DNA from: an uncultured Pseudomonadota bacterium
GTDB taxonomy: Bacteria; Pseudomonadota; Gammaproteobacteria; Steroidobacterales; Steroidobacteraceae
NCBI GenBank assembly: GCA_963711635.1
Contig: CAVQEZ010000011.1
Location: 61,832-125,831, forward strand
Length of the DNA stretch: 64,000 nt
Direction: 5' to 3'
The notes beneath the pieces were generated by a model that saw only the letters and a program-made list of their open reading frames with translations, was not told the DNA's origin and made no database searches. Position numbers and translations under genes: made by a program. This document shows, one piece after another, positions 29,245 to 39,728 of this stretch (position 1 is its first letter; each line of letters starts with the position of its first letter).

Positions 29245-30834
29245 CTACTCGAGCTCGGTCGGATCGTTGAATATCTCCGGCAGCCGGATGCTGCCGTGGC
29301 CACGTTGGGGGAACGTGGGGTTGTTGCGATCGCCCGGATCGAGGTTCGACGCGGTGTCGTCCGGCGGGAACAACACCAGCTCGTTGAGGAACGAGAAGAT
29401 GGCATTCCGCCCGCTCTCGGACAGCTGGGCGAAGCGGTTGCGAGACGCCTGGGCTTCGCCACCGTGCCGCAGGATCACTTCCTCGAGATTGATACTGCGA
29501 CCGTCGTGCCCGTATGGCGCTGAACTGCCCACGCCCCACAGCGGTTCGGTGAGGAATTCACGCTGCAGCGTGGTGTCGTAGTTGCGCTCGTAGAAGTTCG
29601 GCCCGAGATCGTGCCGCTTCAGGTCGGAGTAGAAGTTGCGGACCACGAACGAATTGCGGTTCGGGACCTTGATGGTTGGATGCCCGGACCCGTCATCGTT
29701 CTCGCTCACCAGCAGTGACGCCACCGAGAACAGGCGGTTGAAGATGCCGTTCTGCGGATTGAAGTTGGTCTCCACGTCCGCCACGCGCCGGTCGCGATTG
29801 ATCACCAGGTTCGGGATGTGACAGGCGGTGCAACCGATCTGCGCCAGCAGGTTCTGCCCGGTCTGCCCGGTGCTGGTGTGCCGGTACTGGCCCGGCTTGA
29901 AGTAGTTGAACAGGTAGAACTCCATGAAGTCGACCAGCGACTGCGGGATCTCGTTGACCACGCCGTCCCGGTCATTGTCTTCCGCAGGGCTCGACACCAG
30001 GCTGCGTTTCACCTGGTCGGTGGCGCCGTTCAGCACCATGCCGGTGGGCGTGACCACGCGCTGTCCCGCGGCGCCCGCCGCGGTCAGATTGTCCACCGCC
30101 TGCAGCCCCATCTCGTCGTTGAACGCGCCGACCACGAACTCGCGGATCGAAGTGGTGTCGCCCTCGGCGAAGAATGGCCGTACCCGCAGGTCCGTGTTCA
30201 CACCGCGCACATTGCTGGTGTCCACCGATCCGTCGGGGCGCGCGCGGATGGAACCGTAGCTGATCCCCTTGCTCGTCAGCGAGCGCGTGACCGACTGGCG
30301 ACGCTGGCGTGCCTCGTTGATGGCGTTCTGGCGGATGTTGCGCAGATCCGTGGTGATCTCGTCGGCCAGCATTTCCTGCAGGCCCAGCCCGAAGAGATGC
30401 GGTGCATCGCGGCTGTCCGGCCTGGTTACCACGTCGCCACCGAAACCGGCCGAGCCGCGCGGCCGGCCATGGCAGCCCGCGCAACTTTCGATCAATCCGG
30501 CGCCGATTGCCCTGGCGGTTTCAATATTGCCGATACCGTCCATCGTGCGCGGGCCGAAGCCCTGCACGAGGGTGAACTTCCTCTGGAACAGCTGCCGTCC
30601 GCGGCGTACGGCACGTGCCGGGTCGCGTGCCATGATGAAGGTCGAGGATCCCGGCGTGTTGATATTGCCGACGCCGGTGCCGATCTGCTGCTCCAGCGAT
30701 TTGAAGATGCCGGCGTTCTCGGCATTCGGCGTCTGCGTGAGATCGGTGAGTTGCGCGTCGGCGACGTCGATACGGCAGAACAGCGCGAGCAGTCCTGCCG
30801 ACATCCACAGATGCCGTTTACTGATGCTGAACAT
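29245..30834 (-). CDS. Di-haem oxidoreductase (DUF1111 / putative peroxidase family)
   Basis: Has a signal peptide. Two CxxCH motifs (CAGCHGRPRG and CTACHIP) occur in the context typical of DUF1111. GAGGGGG SD. Confidence 0.8.
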   Translation of the reverse strand: MFSISKRHLWMSAGLLALFCRIDVADAQLTDLTQTPNAENAGIFKSLEQQIGTGVGNINTPGSSTFIMARDPARAVRRGRQLFQRKFTLVQGFGPRTMDGIGNIETARAIGAGLIESCAGCHGRPRGSAGFGGDVVTRPDSRDAPHLFGLGLQEMLADEITTDLRNIRQNAINEARQRRQSVTRSLTSKGISYGSIRARPDGSVDTSNVRGVNTDLRVRPFFAEGDTTSIREFVVGAFNDEMGLQAVDNLTAAGAAGQRVVTPTGMVLNGATDQVKRSLVSSPAEDNDRDGVVNEIPQSLVDFMEFYLFNYFKPGQYRHTSTGQTGQNLLAQIGCTACHIPNLVINRDRRVADVETNFNPQNGIFNRLFSVASLLVSENDDGSGHPTIKVPNRNSFVVRNFYSDLKRHDLGPNFYERNYDTTLQREFLTEPLWGVGSSAPYGHDGRSINLEEVILRHGGEAQASRNRFAQLSESGRNAIFSFLNELVLFPPDDTASNLDPGDRNNPTFPQRGHGSIRLPEIFNDPTELE

Positions 30835-31121
30835 GTTACCCCCTCGTGCCACTGCCTTGTGGCGCGGTAGAAAATCTCCATTGTCTAACTACCGGGCGTG
30901 CCCTTCCTGGGCTGCCGCTGCGGTGGACGACAAAGCTACAGGTGCGCCGCGCGAGTACCATAGATCTTCGGAACTATGAGCTCGCTCGCGTCGCGTGCCG
31001 GCGACAATCCACGGAAAAAACACGGCGCGGGGCGCTGAATGCGCGCAGCGTAGAAAATGACCGCTCACGATAGTGGTAAGAAACGCAACTACAGAGACCG
31101 ATTTCCGGAAAGGAGAGTTGT

Positions 31122-32274
31122 ATGAATGGCCAAAACGACAAATGCGACAATTCGACGACAGTCGATGCGGGACGTCGCAAGCTCTTGGAGGTAGTCGGCG
31201 CCGGCGCAGTTGTATCCGCGATCCCGGCCGTATTTGCCGCAGAGTCGTCTCGCGCTGAACAAGCAAACCGATCGGCCACTCCGTTGGGGAATCGTCGGCA
31301 CCGGTTCGATCGCAAATCACATGGCGCCGATGATAAAGGTGGCCGCACGCGCTGAACTGGCAGCCGTCGCCAGCCGGAAGATTGAAACTGCAAAGCAGTT
31401 CGCGAAGACGCACGGTATTGCTGGCGCGTTCGGTTCGTGGTCGGAGATGTTGTCGTCGAACACCGTCGACGCTATCTACGTTGCTACGCCAACCGCCGTC
31501 CGGGAAGAAATTTGTATGTTGGCTGCGGCCAACGGCAAGCACGTTCTTGGCGAAAAGCCCTTTGCCAATTTGGCTTCGTTGCGTCGCATCACATCAGCCT
31601 GTCGCAAAAATGGTGTCGGCTTCATGGATGGCACGCATTTTGTGCATCACCCGAGAACAGAGAAAATCAAGACCACCATGCGCGAGAAAATCGGCTGGCC
31701 GTGGTCGATCGATTCAGTGTTTCAATTCGGTCTGACGGACGCAGACAATATTCGTATGGATCCCAAGCTCGAGCCTTACGGTGCGATTGGCGATGCCGGT
31801 TGGTACAACATGCGAGCGGCCGTGGAGTTCACGACGCCTGGCATCAAAGTAATCGGCCTGGATGCTTACGTTCGCCGTGACAGGAAAAGTAAGGCCGTGG
31901 TTACCGGCAGCGGAGTCATCGCTTTCAACGATGGATCAACTACCACGTGGAATTGCGGCTTCGATGCAGGCACTCTGAATATGGACCTGAGGATTTCCGG
32001 TACCGGCGGTGAATTCAGTCTTCATGACTTCGTGCAAAGCGAGCGCGATGGATTCGCCGAGTACGACTACCGCAAGGGTGAATTCGGTGATAGCGGAACG
32101 TTAGAGCGCATAAAGGTTCCCTCCGCGAAACCAGCCGCAGCGTTGATGTTTGAAAAATTTGCAGCCATGGTCGGCGATTCCAAACTTTTGGAAGCGAGCG
32201 TGGCTGCGAGTGAAAAGACTCAAGAGTGGCTGGACGCGGTCTGGACCAAGGCGATACAAAACGAGCGAAGTTGA
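31122..32274 (+). pseudogene. Gfo/Idh/MocA-family oxidoreductase with a Tat signal; one extra base near 31268
   Basis: AAAGGAGAG SD plus ATG at 31122 opens a Tat signal (GRRKLLEVVGAGAVVSAIPAVFA). The Rossmann start RPLRWGIVGTGSIANH is in the +1 frame. Confidence 0.75.
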
Positions 32275-32309
32275 GGGGCTAGAATCGACAGCCCCACAGG
32301 AGAGCACGC

Positions 32310-32669
32310 ATGAAACATCTCGCATGGATCGCTGCCGCGCTGCTGAGTCTCAACGCCTACGGCCACCACGGTTGGGACTGGGCGGAAGAGGAACAGACCC
32401 AGCTCACGGGCACGATCGAATCCGTCTCCATGTCGCCGCCGCATCCCGTGCTCAAGGTGAAGGCCGCTGACGGCATCTGGCAGGTGGACCTCGGAAATCC
32501 GAATCAGACGGCGCGCTCGGGGTTCACCGGTGAATCCGCGAAGCCCGGCGATCCCATCGTCGTGCTCGGCAACCGCTCGCTCGAGAAGGACAAGAAGCAC
32601 ATGAAGGCCGTGCGCATCACCGTGCGCGAGCGACAGTTCGACATCTACCCCGAGAGAATAAAGAACTGA
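32310..32669 (+). CDS. Small secreted protein (DUF6152-like)
   Basis: Signal peptide MKHLAWIAAALLSLNAYG followed by HHGW. CAGGAGAG SD. Confidence 0.55.
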   Translation: MKHLAWIAAALLSLNAYGHHGWDWAEEEQTQLTGTIESVSMSPPHPVLKVKAADGIWQVDLGNPNQTARSGFTGESAKPGDPIVVLGNRSLEKDKKHMKAVRITVRERQFDIYPERIKN

Positions 32670-32674
32670 GCGAC

Positions 32675-33121
32675 GTGCTCGAAGCCATCAGTGGGTGGCC
32701 GGGCGCGAGCTGGCTGCAGCAGTCGGCGACCGCCTATCTATTCGTCAATGCCGCCCACATCCTGGGGATCGCGGTATTGCTCGGCGCCATTCTGCCGCTG
32801 GACCTGCGACTGCTGGGATTCTTCCGCAGATTTCCCATCGAGGTGCTCGGGCCTTTCCTCGTGCGCTGTGCCGCCGTGGGTTTGAGTCTCGCCGTGCTGA
32901 TGGGCGCGTGGCTCTTTTCCGTCAAGCCCGACGAGTACCTGGCGAACGCGGCGTTTCGATGGAAGCTCGTGTTGCTGGGGTTGGCGCTGGTCAACATCGG
33001 GCTCCAGCACTGGGGCGCAGGTTTACGGAACATGTCGCCAGCGGTGCGCGTGCGGGCCGGGATCTCGCTGTGCCTGTGGCTATCCGTGCTCGTCGCGGGA
33101 CGATGGATCGGGTTTGTTTGA
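32675..33121 (+). CDS. Four-TM membrane protein (DUF2214 / DUF6644 / CopD-like)
   Basis: GTG start 6 nt after the preceding stop. Four hydrophobic helices. The family name is a guess. Confidence 0.55.
   Translation: MLEAISGWPGASWLQQSATAYLFVNAAHILGIAVLLGAILPLDLRLLGFFRRFPIEVLGPFLVRCAAVGLSLAVLMGAWLFSVKPDEYLANAAFRWKLVLLGLALVNIGLQHWGAGLRNMSPAVRVRAGISLCLWLSVLVAGRWIGFV
33047..33099 (+). repeat. 3' end of the 32675-33121 gene that is repeated at 40787-40839
   Basis: GCGTGCG..GATCTCGCTGTGCCTGTGGCTATCCGTGCTCGTC. The 34-nt core has 1 mismatch to the distal copy. Confidence 0.7.
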
Positions 33122-33128
33122 CGAAACT

Positions 33129-34432
33129 CTATCGCTCTGGCGTGACACGCCAGAGCGTGTTCGACAGATCGTCGGCGACGATGAGCGCGCCGCGCGGATC
33201 GACGGTGACGCCGACCGGCCGGCCGCAAGGTCTTGCCGTCGGCCTGAAAGCCGGTGACGAAGTCGACCGGCGATCGCCGGCCGGGCGGCCGTCGCGGAAT
33301 GGCACGAACACCACTTTGTAGCCGACGGGATCGCCGCGGTTCCAGCTGCCGTGCTCGCCGACGAACACGCCGTCGGCGAACGCGTCGCCCATCGCCGGCG
33401 TCGAGAAGGCGAGGCCGAGCGCCGCCACATGCGAGCCGAGGCGTAGTCGGGCGCGATCGCCGACGGCGACCTTTTGCGGGTCGTGCGGCTGGACGCGCGG
33501 GTCCACGTTCTGGCCCCAGTAGCTGTACGGCCAGCCGTAGAAGCCGCCTTCGCGGACCGAAGTGAGGTAGTCGGGCACGAGGTTCGGACCGAGTCTCGTC
33601 GCGCTCGTTCACCACCGCCCACAGCTGGCCCGGTCCGGGCTGGAATGGCGAGCGCCGTGGGATTGCGCAGGCCGGTGGCGTAGGGCTTGTGCGCGCCGGT
33701 CTGCGGCGTCCACCTGCCACACCATCGCCCGATCGACCTCGGCCGCCATGCCGCGCTCGGTGATGTTGCTGTTGGAGCCGATGCCGACGTAGAGGAAGCG
33801 GCCGTCGGCGACTGGCGGCCAGCGCCTTGGTCCAGTGATGGTTGATCGCCGACGGCAGGTCGGTGACCTTGACCGGCGGCGCCGCGGCCTGGGTCTGCCC
33901 GTCCCGGTAGTCGAAGCGCACCAGCGCGTCCTGGTTGGCGACGTAGAGGCCGGCTGCCGACCAGCGCGAGCCCGTACGGCGCATTGAGATCCTTCGCGAA
34001 GACCGTGCGTGTCTCGTAGGTGCCGTCGCCGTCGCTCGTCGCGCAGCAGGGTCAGACGGTTGCCGCCCTTCACGGGGCTGGTGCCCTTCGCCTTGATGAA
34101 GCCGGCGATGACGTCCTTCGGTGTCAGCTTCGGCGGCGCCACCGCCCTTGCCTTCGGCAACCAGGATGTCGCCGTTCGGCAGGACCAGCGTCTGGCGCGG
34201 GATCTGCAGATCGGTGGCGATCGGCGGTGATTCGGATAGCCCTGGGGCACGATGGGCCGCTGCGATCACCCCACTGCGCCGGGTTCGGCGATCTTCATGC
34301 GTGGGCAACAGCTCGCTTCTGCGGCTCGGGAAGCCGCGGCGCGGCTCCCACACTCGGCGGTGGATCGTCGCGTCCGCCGCACGCGGCGAGCCCCAGGGCC
34401 ACGGTCAACGCCCATGCGGCATGCGCCTTCAT
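33129..34432 (-). pseudogene. PQQ-dependent sugar (sorbosone / soluble glucose) dehydrogenase lipoprotein, with at least 10 frame changes
   Basis: Lipobox MKAHAAWALTVALGLAAC. Recognisable blocks LVLPNGDILVAEGKGGG, DGDGTYETRTVFAKDLNAPYG, GLYVANQDALVRF, DGRFLYVGIGSNSNI, TGAHKPYATGLRNP, GQLWAVVNERDE, GGFYGWPYSYWG and VGVTVDPRGALIVADD are scattered over all three frames. Confidence 0.75.
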
Positions 34433-34835
34433 GGCCGGACCTTGGCGCGGTAGTTGGAGAAGCCGATCCAGATCGCGGTGATCGAGAGGATGACGACCAG
34501 GCCCGACAGGACCGCGCCGGCAGGCATGCTCTGCCAGGCATCGCCCGCGTGAACGAGTGCGTTGACGAAGCCGAGGACAGCGCTGACGACGGTCGCCGCG
34601 AGGTAGACCCCGCGTCGTGCGTCGCGATCGTCGCCCAGGCGCACGAAGTCGACGATGGCCCACACGGCCACCCCGGCATTCAGGACCAGTCCGCCGATCA
34701 CCAGCCAGGACGCGAAGTTCTTCCACTGGGTCTCATAGCTGGACGCGTACGCGAGGTCGCCTAGCAAGGCTCCCAGGTAAAGGGCAGGGCGCCCGCCAGA
34801 AAGATCGCATGCACCGGATGGAGGGGTCGCAGCAA
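34429..34835 (-). pseudogene. DUF2231 membrane protein; one frame change near 34785
   Basis: AAGGAG plus TTG at 34835 gives LRPLHPVHAIFLAGALP. The frame then switches to ...LYLGALLGDLAYASSYETQWKNF.... The stop overlaps the PQQ-dehydrogenase ATG (ATGA at 34429-34432). Confidence 0.6.
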
Positions 34836-34988
34836 GATGAACGCTCCTTGGCTCGCGGAAGATACTTCGCATCGGGACGCACCTCTGCCATTGCGACCCG
34901 GTGATTGGCGTGAGAATCGTCCTGCGACCCGGGGGACCGCCGTCCTGCCTACAGCGATTTTCCGCCGCGCGTCCTAACCTCGAACGCC

Positions 34989-35828
34989 ATGTCCAGACAC
35001 CGCCGGCATGTCTTCCTGCTATCCATGGGCGCTATCGGCCTCATCGTGCTGGGGGCCGCCGTCGGCGCGACGGTCCTGCTGTCGGGCGCCTTGACCACCA
35101 ACGCGACCAAACAACATTTCCGGCTCACGCATCGCATTCTCGAGCTCGGGCTGCAGTATTCCGTGCGCGCCGCGACGGACGAGCTGGTGGCGCCCGCGCT
35201 CGATTCGCCGGAAATGCGCAGACGCGGAGCCGCCTGCTACCGCGAGCACTGCGTCATTTGTCATGGCGCGCCGGGCGTTGCGCCCGAACCGTTCGCGCTC
35301 GGCATGATGCCGGTGCCGTCGAATCTCACGGATGCGGCGGCGTCGAACCCGCCGGAATGGCTGTATCACGTGACACGCAAGGGCATCCGCATGACGGGTA
35401 TGCCGGCGTGGGAGTATCGGCTCGCGGATGAAAGCCTGTGGTCGCTGGTCGCGTTCGTCGACACGCTGCCGGCGCTGGATACACGCGGCTACCGCGAGTC
35501 CATGGAGTCGAGCGCCGCCGTCGGCTGCGCACCGCGCGTCGACCTGCCTCCCGCGGAGGAGGGCGCCGATGTGCTGCTGCGCCAGTACGCGTGTCACTCC
35601 TGCCATCGGATCGAGGGTGTCGTGGGACCGCGCGTCGACACCGCGCCGCCGTTGATCGATTGGCCGAGGCGCGCCTACATCGCGGGTGTCCTGCCCAATA
35701 CGGAAGAGAACCTCGCGCGCTGGATCATGGATCCGCCGGCGGCCAGTCCGCATACCCTCATGCCGAACCTCCAGGTTCCGCCCGAGCATGCGCGCTCGAT
35801 GGCGAAATTTCTGATGAAGAAGCCATGA
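34989..35828 (+). CDS. Membrane-anchored di-haem cytochrome c
   Basis: N-terminal TM helix. Two CxxCH motifs: CVICHG and CHSCHR. Confidence 0.8.
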   Translation: MSRHRRHVFLLSMGAIGLIVLGAAVGATVLLSGALTTNATKQHFRLTHRILELGLQYSVRAATDELVAPALDSPEMRRRGAACYREHCVICHGAPGVAPEPFALGMMPVPSNLTDAAASNPPEWLYHVTRKGIRMTGMPAWEYRLADESLWSLVAFVDTLPALDTRGYRESMESSAAVGCAPRVDLPPAEEGADVLLRQYACHSCHRIEGVVGPRVDTAPPLIDWPRRAYIAGVLPNTEENLARWIMDPPAASPHTLMPNLQVPPEHARSMAKFLMKKP

Positions 35829-36202
35829 ACCCGCGCGGCACACTCTTCGCAATGGGCGGCGTGTTGGCGCTCGCCGGGGTTGGGTGCATGGATCGTGGCG
35901 ACGCGGTCGGACCCGTCATCGATGGAAGTGCCGCGCGCGGGCGCCTGGAAGTCGCGCGGCTGCAATGTGGCGCCTGCCACGCGATTCCAGGCGTGCGCGC
36001 GGCGCGCGGCGTCGTGGGTCCGTCGCTCGAGGGATTCGCGCGGCGTCCGCACCTGGCGGGCAAATGGCCCAATCAGCCGCGTTACCTCGTCGCCTGGTTG
36101 CGCGATCCGCCGGCGATGTCGCCGCACACCGCCATGCCGGCCGTGGTGGGCGACGAGCAGGCCGCGCGCGAAATCGCCGCCTATCTATACACCCTGGACT
36201 GA
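35825..36202 (+). CDS. Mono-haem cytochrome c lipoprotein
   Basis: ATGA overlap with the upstream stop. Lipobox LAGVGC. CGACHA haem motif. Confidence 0.8.
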   Translation: MNPRGTLFAMGGVLALAGVGCMDRGDAVGPVIDGSAARGRLEVARLQCGACHAIPGVRAARGVVGPSLEGFARRPHLAGKWPNQPRYLVAWLRDPPAMSPHTAMPAVVGDEQAAREIAAYLYTLD

Positions 36203-36205
36203 AGC

Positions 36206-37189
36206 GTGGACCCCACGTGGAAACCGGCACCGGGCAGTGGCGCTGCGCTCATCCACGAGCTGTCGCTGGCGCTGTACGCAGGCGGCGCGCTGATCTTCGT
36301 CTTCGTCATGGTGTTGCTGCTGCATGCGGTGTTCACGCGGGCACGGCCGATCCGCGCGCGACTGTGGCTCGCCGGTGGCGGACTGATGTTTCCCGCCGCC
36401 GTGCTCGCCGCGTTGCTGGGCTATTCAGTCGCGGTGAGCAATACGCTCTTCAACTTCCAGGGCGAGGGTGTGCTGCGTTTCCTGCTGGACTGCGTCAGCG
36501 ATGCGTCGCGCGCGCTCGGCGGAGCCTCGCGGAACACCGAAGTCCGCATCGAGGTGAACGCGCGGCAATGGTGGTGGGAGGTGAAATATCGCGATGGCGC
36601 GGGCGAGTTCGAGCTGGCGAACGAATTGCACCTGCCCGCGGGCCGCCCCGTCGAGATCCAGCTCGTCACCGGGGACGTCATCCACAGCTTCTGGGTACCC
36701 TCCCTGGCGGGCAAAGTCGACATGATTCCCGGCCATCGCAATCGCCTCGTGCTCAGGGCCGACGAACCCGGTGTGCATCGGGGTCAGTGCGCGGAATACT
36801 GCGGCGGCCAGCACGCGCTCATGGGGATCGTCGCCGTCGTCGAGACCGAAGCGGATTTTCAGCTTTGGCGCGAACGCCAGGCGCGCGAGGCAGCTCCGCC
36901 CGCCGACGACTTTCTCGCCGAAGGCCGGGCCGCGTTCATGCGCGGCGGCTGCGCCGACTGCCACGCGGTCCGTGGCACGGAGGCGCGAGGAGACCTCGGC
37001 CCCGACCTCACGCACGTGGGTAGCCGCCGCATGCTCGGCGCTGGTGTGCTCGACAACCACGTCGGCACGATGGCGGGCTGGGTCGCGGGCGGGCAGGGCG
37101 TGAAGCCCGGCAATGCCATGCCCGATGCACGCGTGTACGACGGTCGGGAATTGCGTGCGGTCTCCGCCTGGCTGATGAGCCTCGAATGA
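36206..37189 (+). CDS. coxB: Cytochrome c oxidase subunit II with a fused C-terminal cytochrome c domain (caa3-type)
   Basis: VIHSFWVPSLAGKVDMIPG, CuA site CAEYCGGQHALM, then CADCHAVRG. Confidence 0.85.
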   Translation: MDPTWKPAPGSGAALIHELSLALYAGGALIFVFVMVLLLHAVFTRARPIRARLWLAGGGLMFPAAVLAALLGYSVAVSNTLFNFQGEGVLRFLLDCVSDASRALGGASRNTEVRIEVNARQWWWEVKYRDGAGEFELANELHLPAGRPVEIQLVTGDVIHSFWVPSLAGKVDMIPGHRNRLVLRADEPGVHRGQCAEYCGGQHALMGIVAVVETEADFQLWRERQAREAAPPADDFLAEGRAAFMRGGCADCHAVRGTEARGDLGPDLTHVGSRRMLGAGVLDNHVGTMAGWVAGGQGVKPGNAMPDARVYDGRELRAVSAWLMSLE

Positions 37190-39677
37190 ACGAACACGTG
37201 CCGTTGCCCAACCCGCTGCCGCGCCCGCCGGGGAGCTCGAGCGACTGGAAGAGGTGTGGAAGCCGCCTCGCGGCTGGCGCTTCTTCTCCGCGGTGAACAA
37301 CACCCAGATCGGCCTTCTCTACATCGGCACCGCGCTGCTGTTCCTCGTGCTCGGCGGTGTGCTGGCGCTGCTGATGCGTACCCAACTCGCCGTGCCGGAC
37401 AATGACTTCGTCGACCACGACACGTACAACCAGCTCTTCACGATGCACGGCACGGTCATGATGTTCCTGTTCGCCGTGCCGGTCGTCGAAGCCATCGGCA
37501 TCCTGCTGTTGCCGGCGATGCTGGGCGCACGCGACCTGCCATTCCCGCAGGCTCTCGGCGTATGCCTACTGGGCCTACGCAATCGGCGGTCTGGTCTTCT
37601 TCGGCACGATCTTTTTCGATCTGGCGCCCGACGGAGGCTGGTTCATGTATCCGCCGCTGACGGGAACCGAGTATTCGCCGGGCATTCGCACCGACTTCTG
37701 GTTGCTGGGCATCGGCTTCATCGAGATCTCGGCGATTGCCGGCGCCATCGAGATCGTGGTCGGCATCCTGCGCACCCGACCGCCCGGGATGACGCTCGCC
37801 CGCATGCCGATCTACGTGTGGGCCATGCTCGTAATCGGCGGCATGATCATCTTCGCGCTTTCCGCCCGTGATCGCCGCGACGGCGTTGCTGGAGCTCGAA
37901 CGCGCTTTCGACTGGCCGTTCTTCATCGCCGCGCGCGGGCGGCGACCCGGTGCTGTGGCAGCACCTGTTCTGGCTGTTCGGGCATCCCGACGTCTACATC
38001 ATCTTCCTGCCCGCGGCAGGGCTCGTTTCGATGATGGTTGCGACTCTGGCGCAACGGGCGCTGGTCGGCTATCGATGGGTCATGGCCTCGCTGATCGGGA
38101 CGGGGACGGTGTCGTTCCTGCTCTGGGCGCATCACATGTTCGCGGTGGGCATGTCGCCGGCATCGACGCTGTTCTTCTCCGCCGCGAGCATCGTCGTCGC
38201 GATCCCCGCGGCGATCCAGGTGTTCGCATGGATCGCGACGTTCGCGAGCGGCACGGTGCGCCGCACGGCATCGACGTGGTTCCTGCTGGGATTCTTCGGC
38301 GTCTTCGTGCTGGGCGGGCTCACCGGCGTCATGCTGGCCGTGGTTCCGTTCGACTGGCAGGCGCACGACACGTACTTCGTCGTCGCGCACCTGCATTACG
38401 TACTGATCGGCGGCATGGTCTTCCCGGTGTTCGCGGCCATCTACTACTGGGCGCCGGTGGTGACCGGCCGGCAATTGTCCGAGCGAGCCGGCAAGTGGGC
38501 CTGCGGCCTCATGTTCGTCGGCGTGCAACCTGACCTTCTTCCCGATGCACATCGCCGGGCATGGCAGGCATGCCGCGGCGCGTCTGGACGTATTCGGAGT
38601 CGATGGGGTGGGATGCCTGGAATCTGTGTCGACTGCCGGCGCTTTCATCGTCGCGGCCGGCGTGCTGATCGTGGTCGTCGATCTCATCCTGCACCTGCGA
38701 CCGGCGGCCAAGGTCGATACCAATCCGTGGAACGCCGGCACGCTCGAGTGGCTGCCGCTCGACAACTATGCCGTGCGCAGCATTCCCGCGCATCGACAGC
38801 GCGGACCCGCTATGGGACCGCCCTTCGTTGCGCGAGGAAGTCGACAGCGGGCAGCACTATCTACCCGGTACGATGACGGGCGGACGCGAGACCATGGTCA
38901 CCAGCGCCCGCGACGCGCAGCCGGAATATCTGCTGCGCCTTGCCGGGTCCCAGCTGGCTGCCGCTGCTGGCGGGAGTGGGCACCGCGGCATTCTTCTTCG
39001 CGCTCACCGTCAAATCCACGTGGATGTCGGTGGCGGGGGCGGTGCTGGCGGTGGTCTCGATTTTCCGCTGGCTGTGGCAAGGCGATCCCGCGCCCGGCCC
39101 GGGCCGGCATGCGGTGGGCGGCGGGATCGAACTACCGGACTACATGTCCGGATCGCGCTCGCACGGCTGGTGGGGAGTGGTCGTGCTGCTGCTCGTCGAT
39201 GCATCGATCTTCGCGAGCTTCGTCTATTCCTGGTTCTACCTCGCCTTCATGGCCGACGCGTGGCCGCCGCCGGGAATGCACATCCAGGGCGGGTGGTTCG
39301 ATGTCGCATCCGGCGCGGGCGGACTCGCCAGCGCCGTCATGGCCGCCTGTGCTTCGAAGTTCCTGCGCAACGGGCGGTCGCGAGCCTTCGTCCTCGCGAC
39401 CGTTCTCGGCATGACCTTTCTCGTACTCGCATTCGCCATTCAGTGCGTCGCCGCACGCGGTGCCGATCCTGCATTGCATGCGTTCGCGGCGACCAGCTGG
39501 GCGCTGCTGTGCTGGCAGGGCGTGAACGTCGCGCTGGCCGTCCTGATGGCCGGATACACATTGGCCAGACTCGCCGCGGGGAAACTGGACGCGGTGCGCC
39601 GCGCGACGTTCGACAGCGCCTGGCTCGTCTGGCTCTATACGGCGCTGCAAGGACTCGTGATGCTGCGGATGTCGTGA
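37186..39677 (+). pseudogene. ctaD: Cytochrome c oxidase subunit I fused to subunit III, with 8-9 frame changes
   Basis: FTMHGTVMMFLF, GGWFMYPPLTG, LWQHLFWLFGHPDVYIIFLP, WAHHMFAVG, VVAHLHYVLIGG and FFPMHIAG are followed by a subunit-III-like 5-TM tail that is intact from 38940. The blocks lie in alternating frames, with switches near 37228, 37547, 37857, 37940, 38527, 38553, 38625, 38785 and 38940. Confidence 0.8.
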
Positions 39678-39687
39678 TGAAGCGGTT

Positions 39688-39725
39688 ACTGTGACGGGCG
39701 TCGGCCTGCGTGAGCGGAGCGCGAA
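39688..39725. repeat. 38-nt dispersed repeat, copy 2 (partner at 21654-21691)
   Basis: ACTGTGACGGGCGTCGGCCTGCGTGAGCGGAGCGCGAA. It lies between the convergent stops at 39677 and 39729. Confidence 0.7.
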
Positions 39726-39728
39726 GAC

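Noticed and set aside
32734-34353. 539-aa ORF on the minus strand.
   Set aside because: It is a composite of one frame of the frameshifted PQQ dehydrogenase plus antisense of the 4-TM membrane gene. Only short segments look like protein.
37186-39677. Programmed ribosomal frameshifting in the oxidase subunit I-III gene.
   Set aside because: There are eight to nine switches in both directions with no slippery heptamers. The same phenomenon appears in ten unrelated genes.
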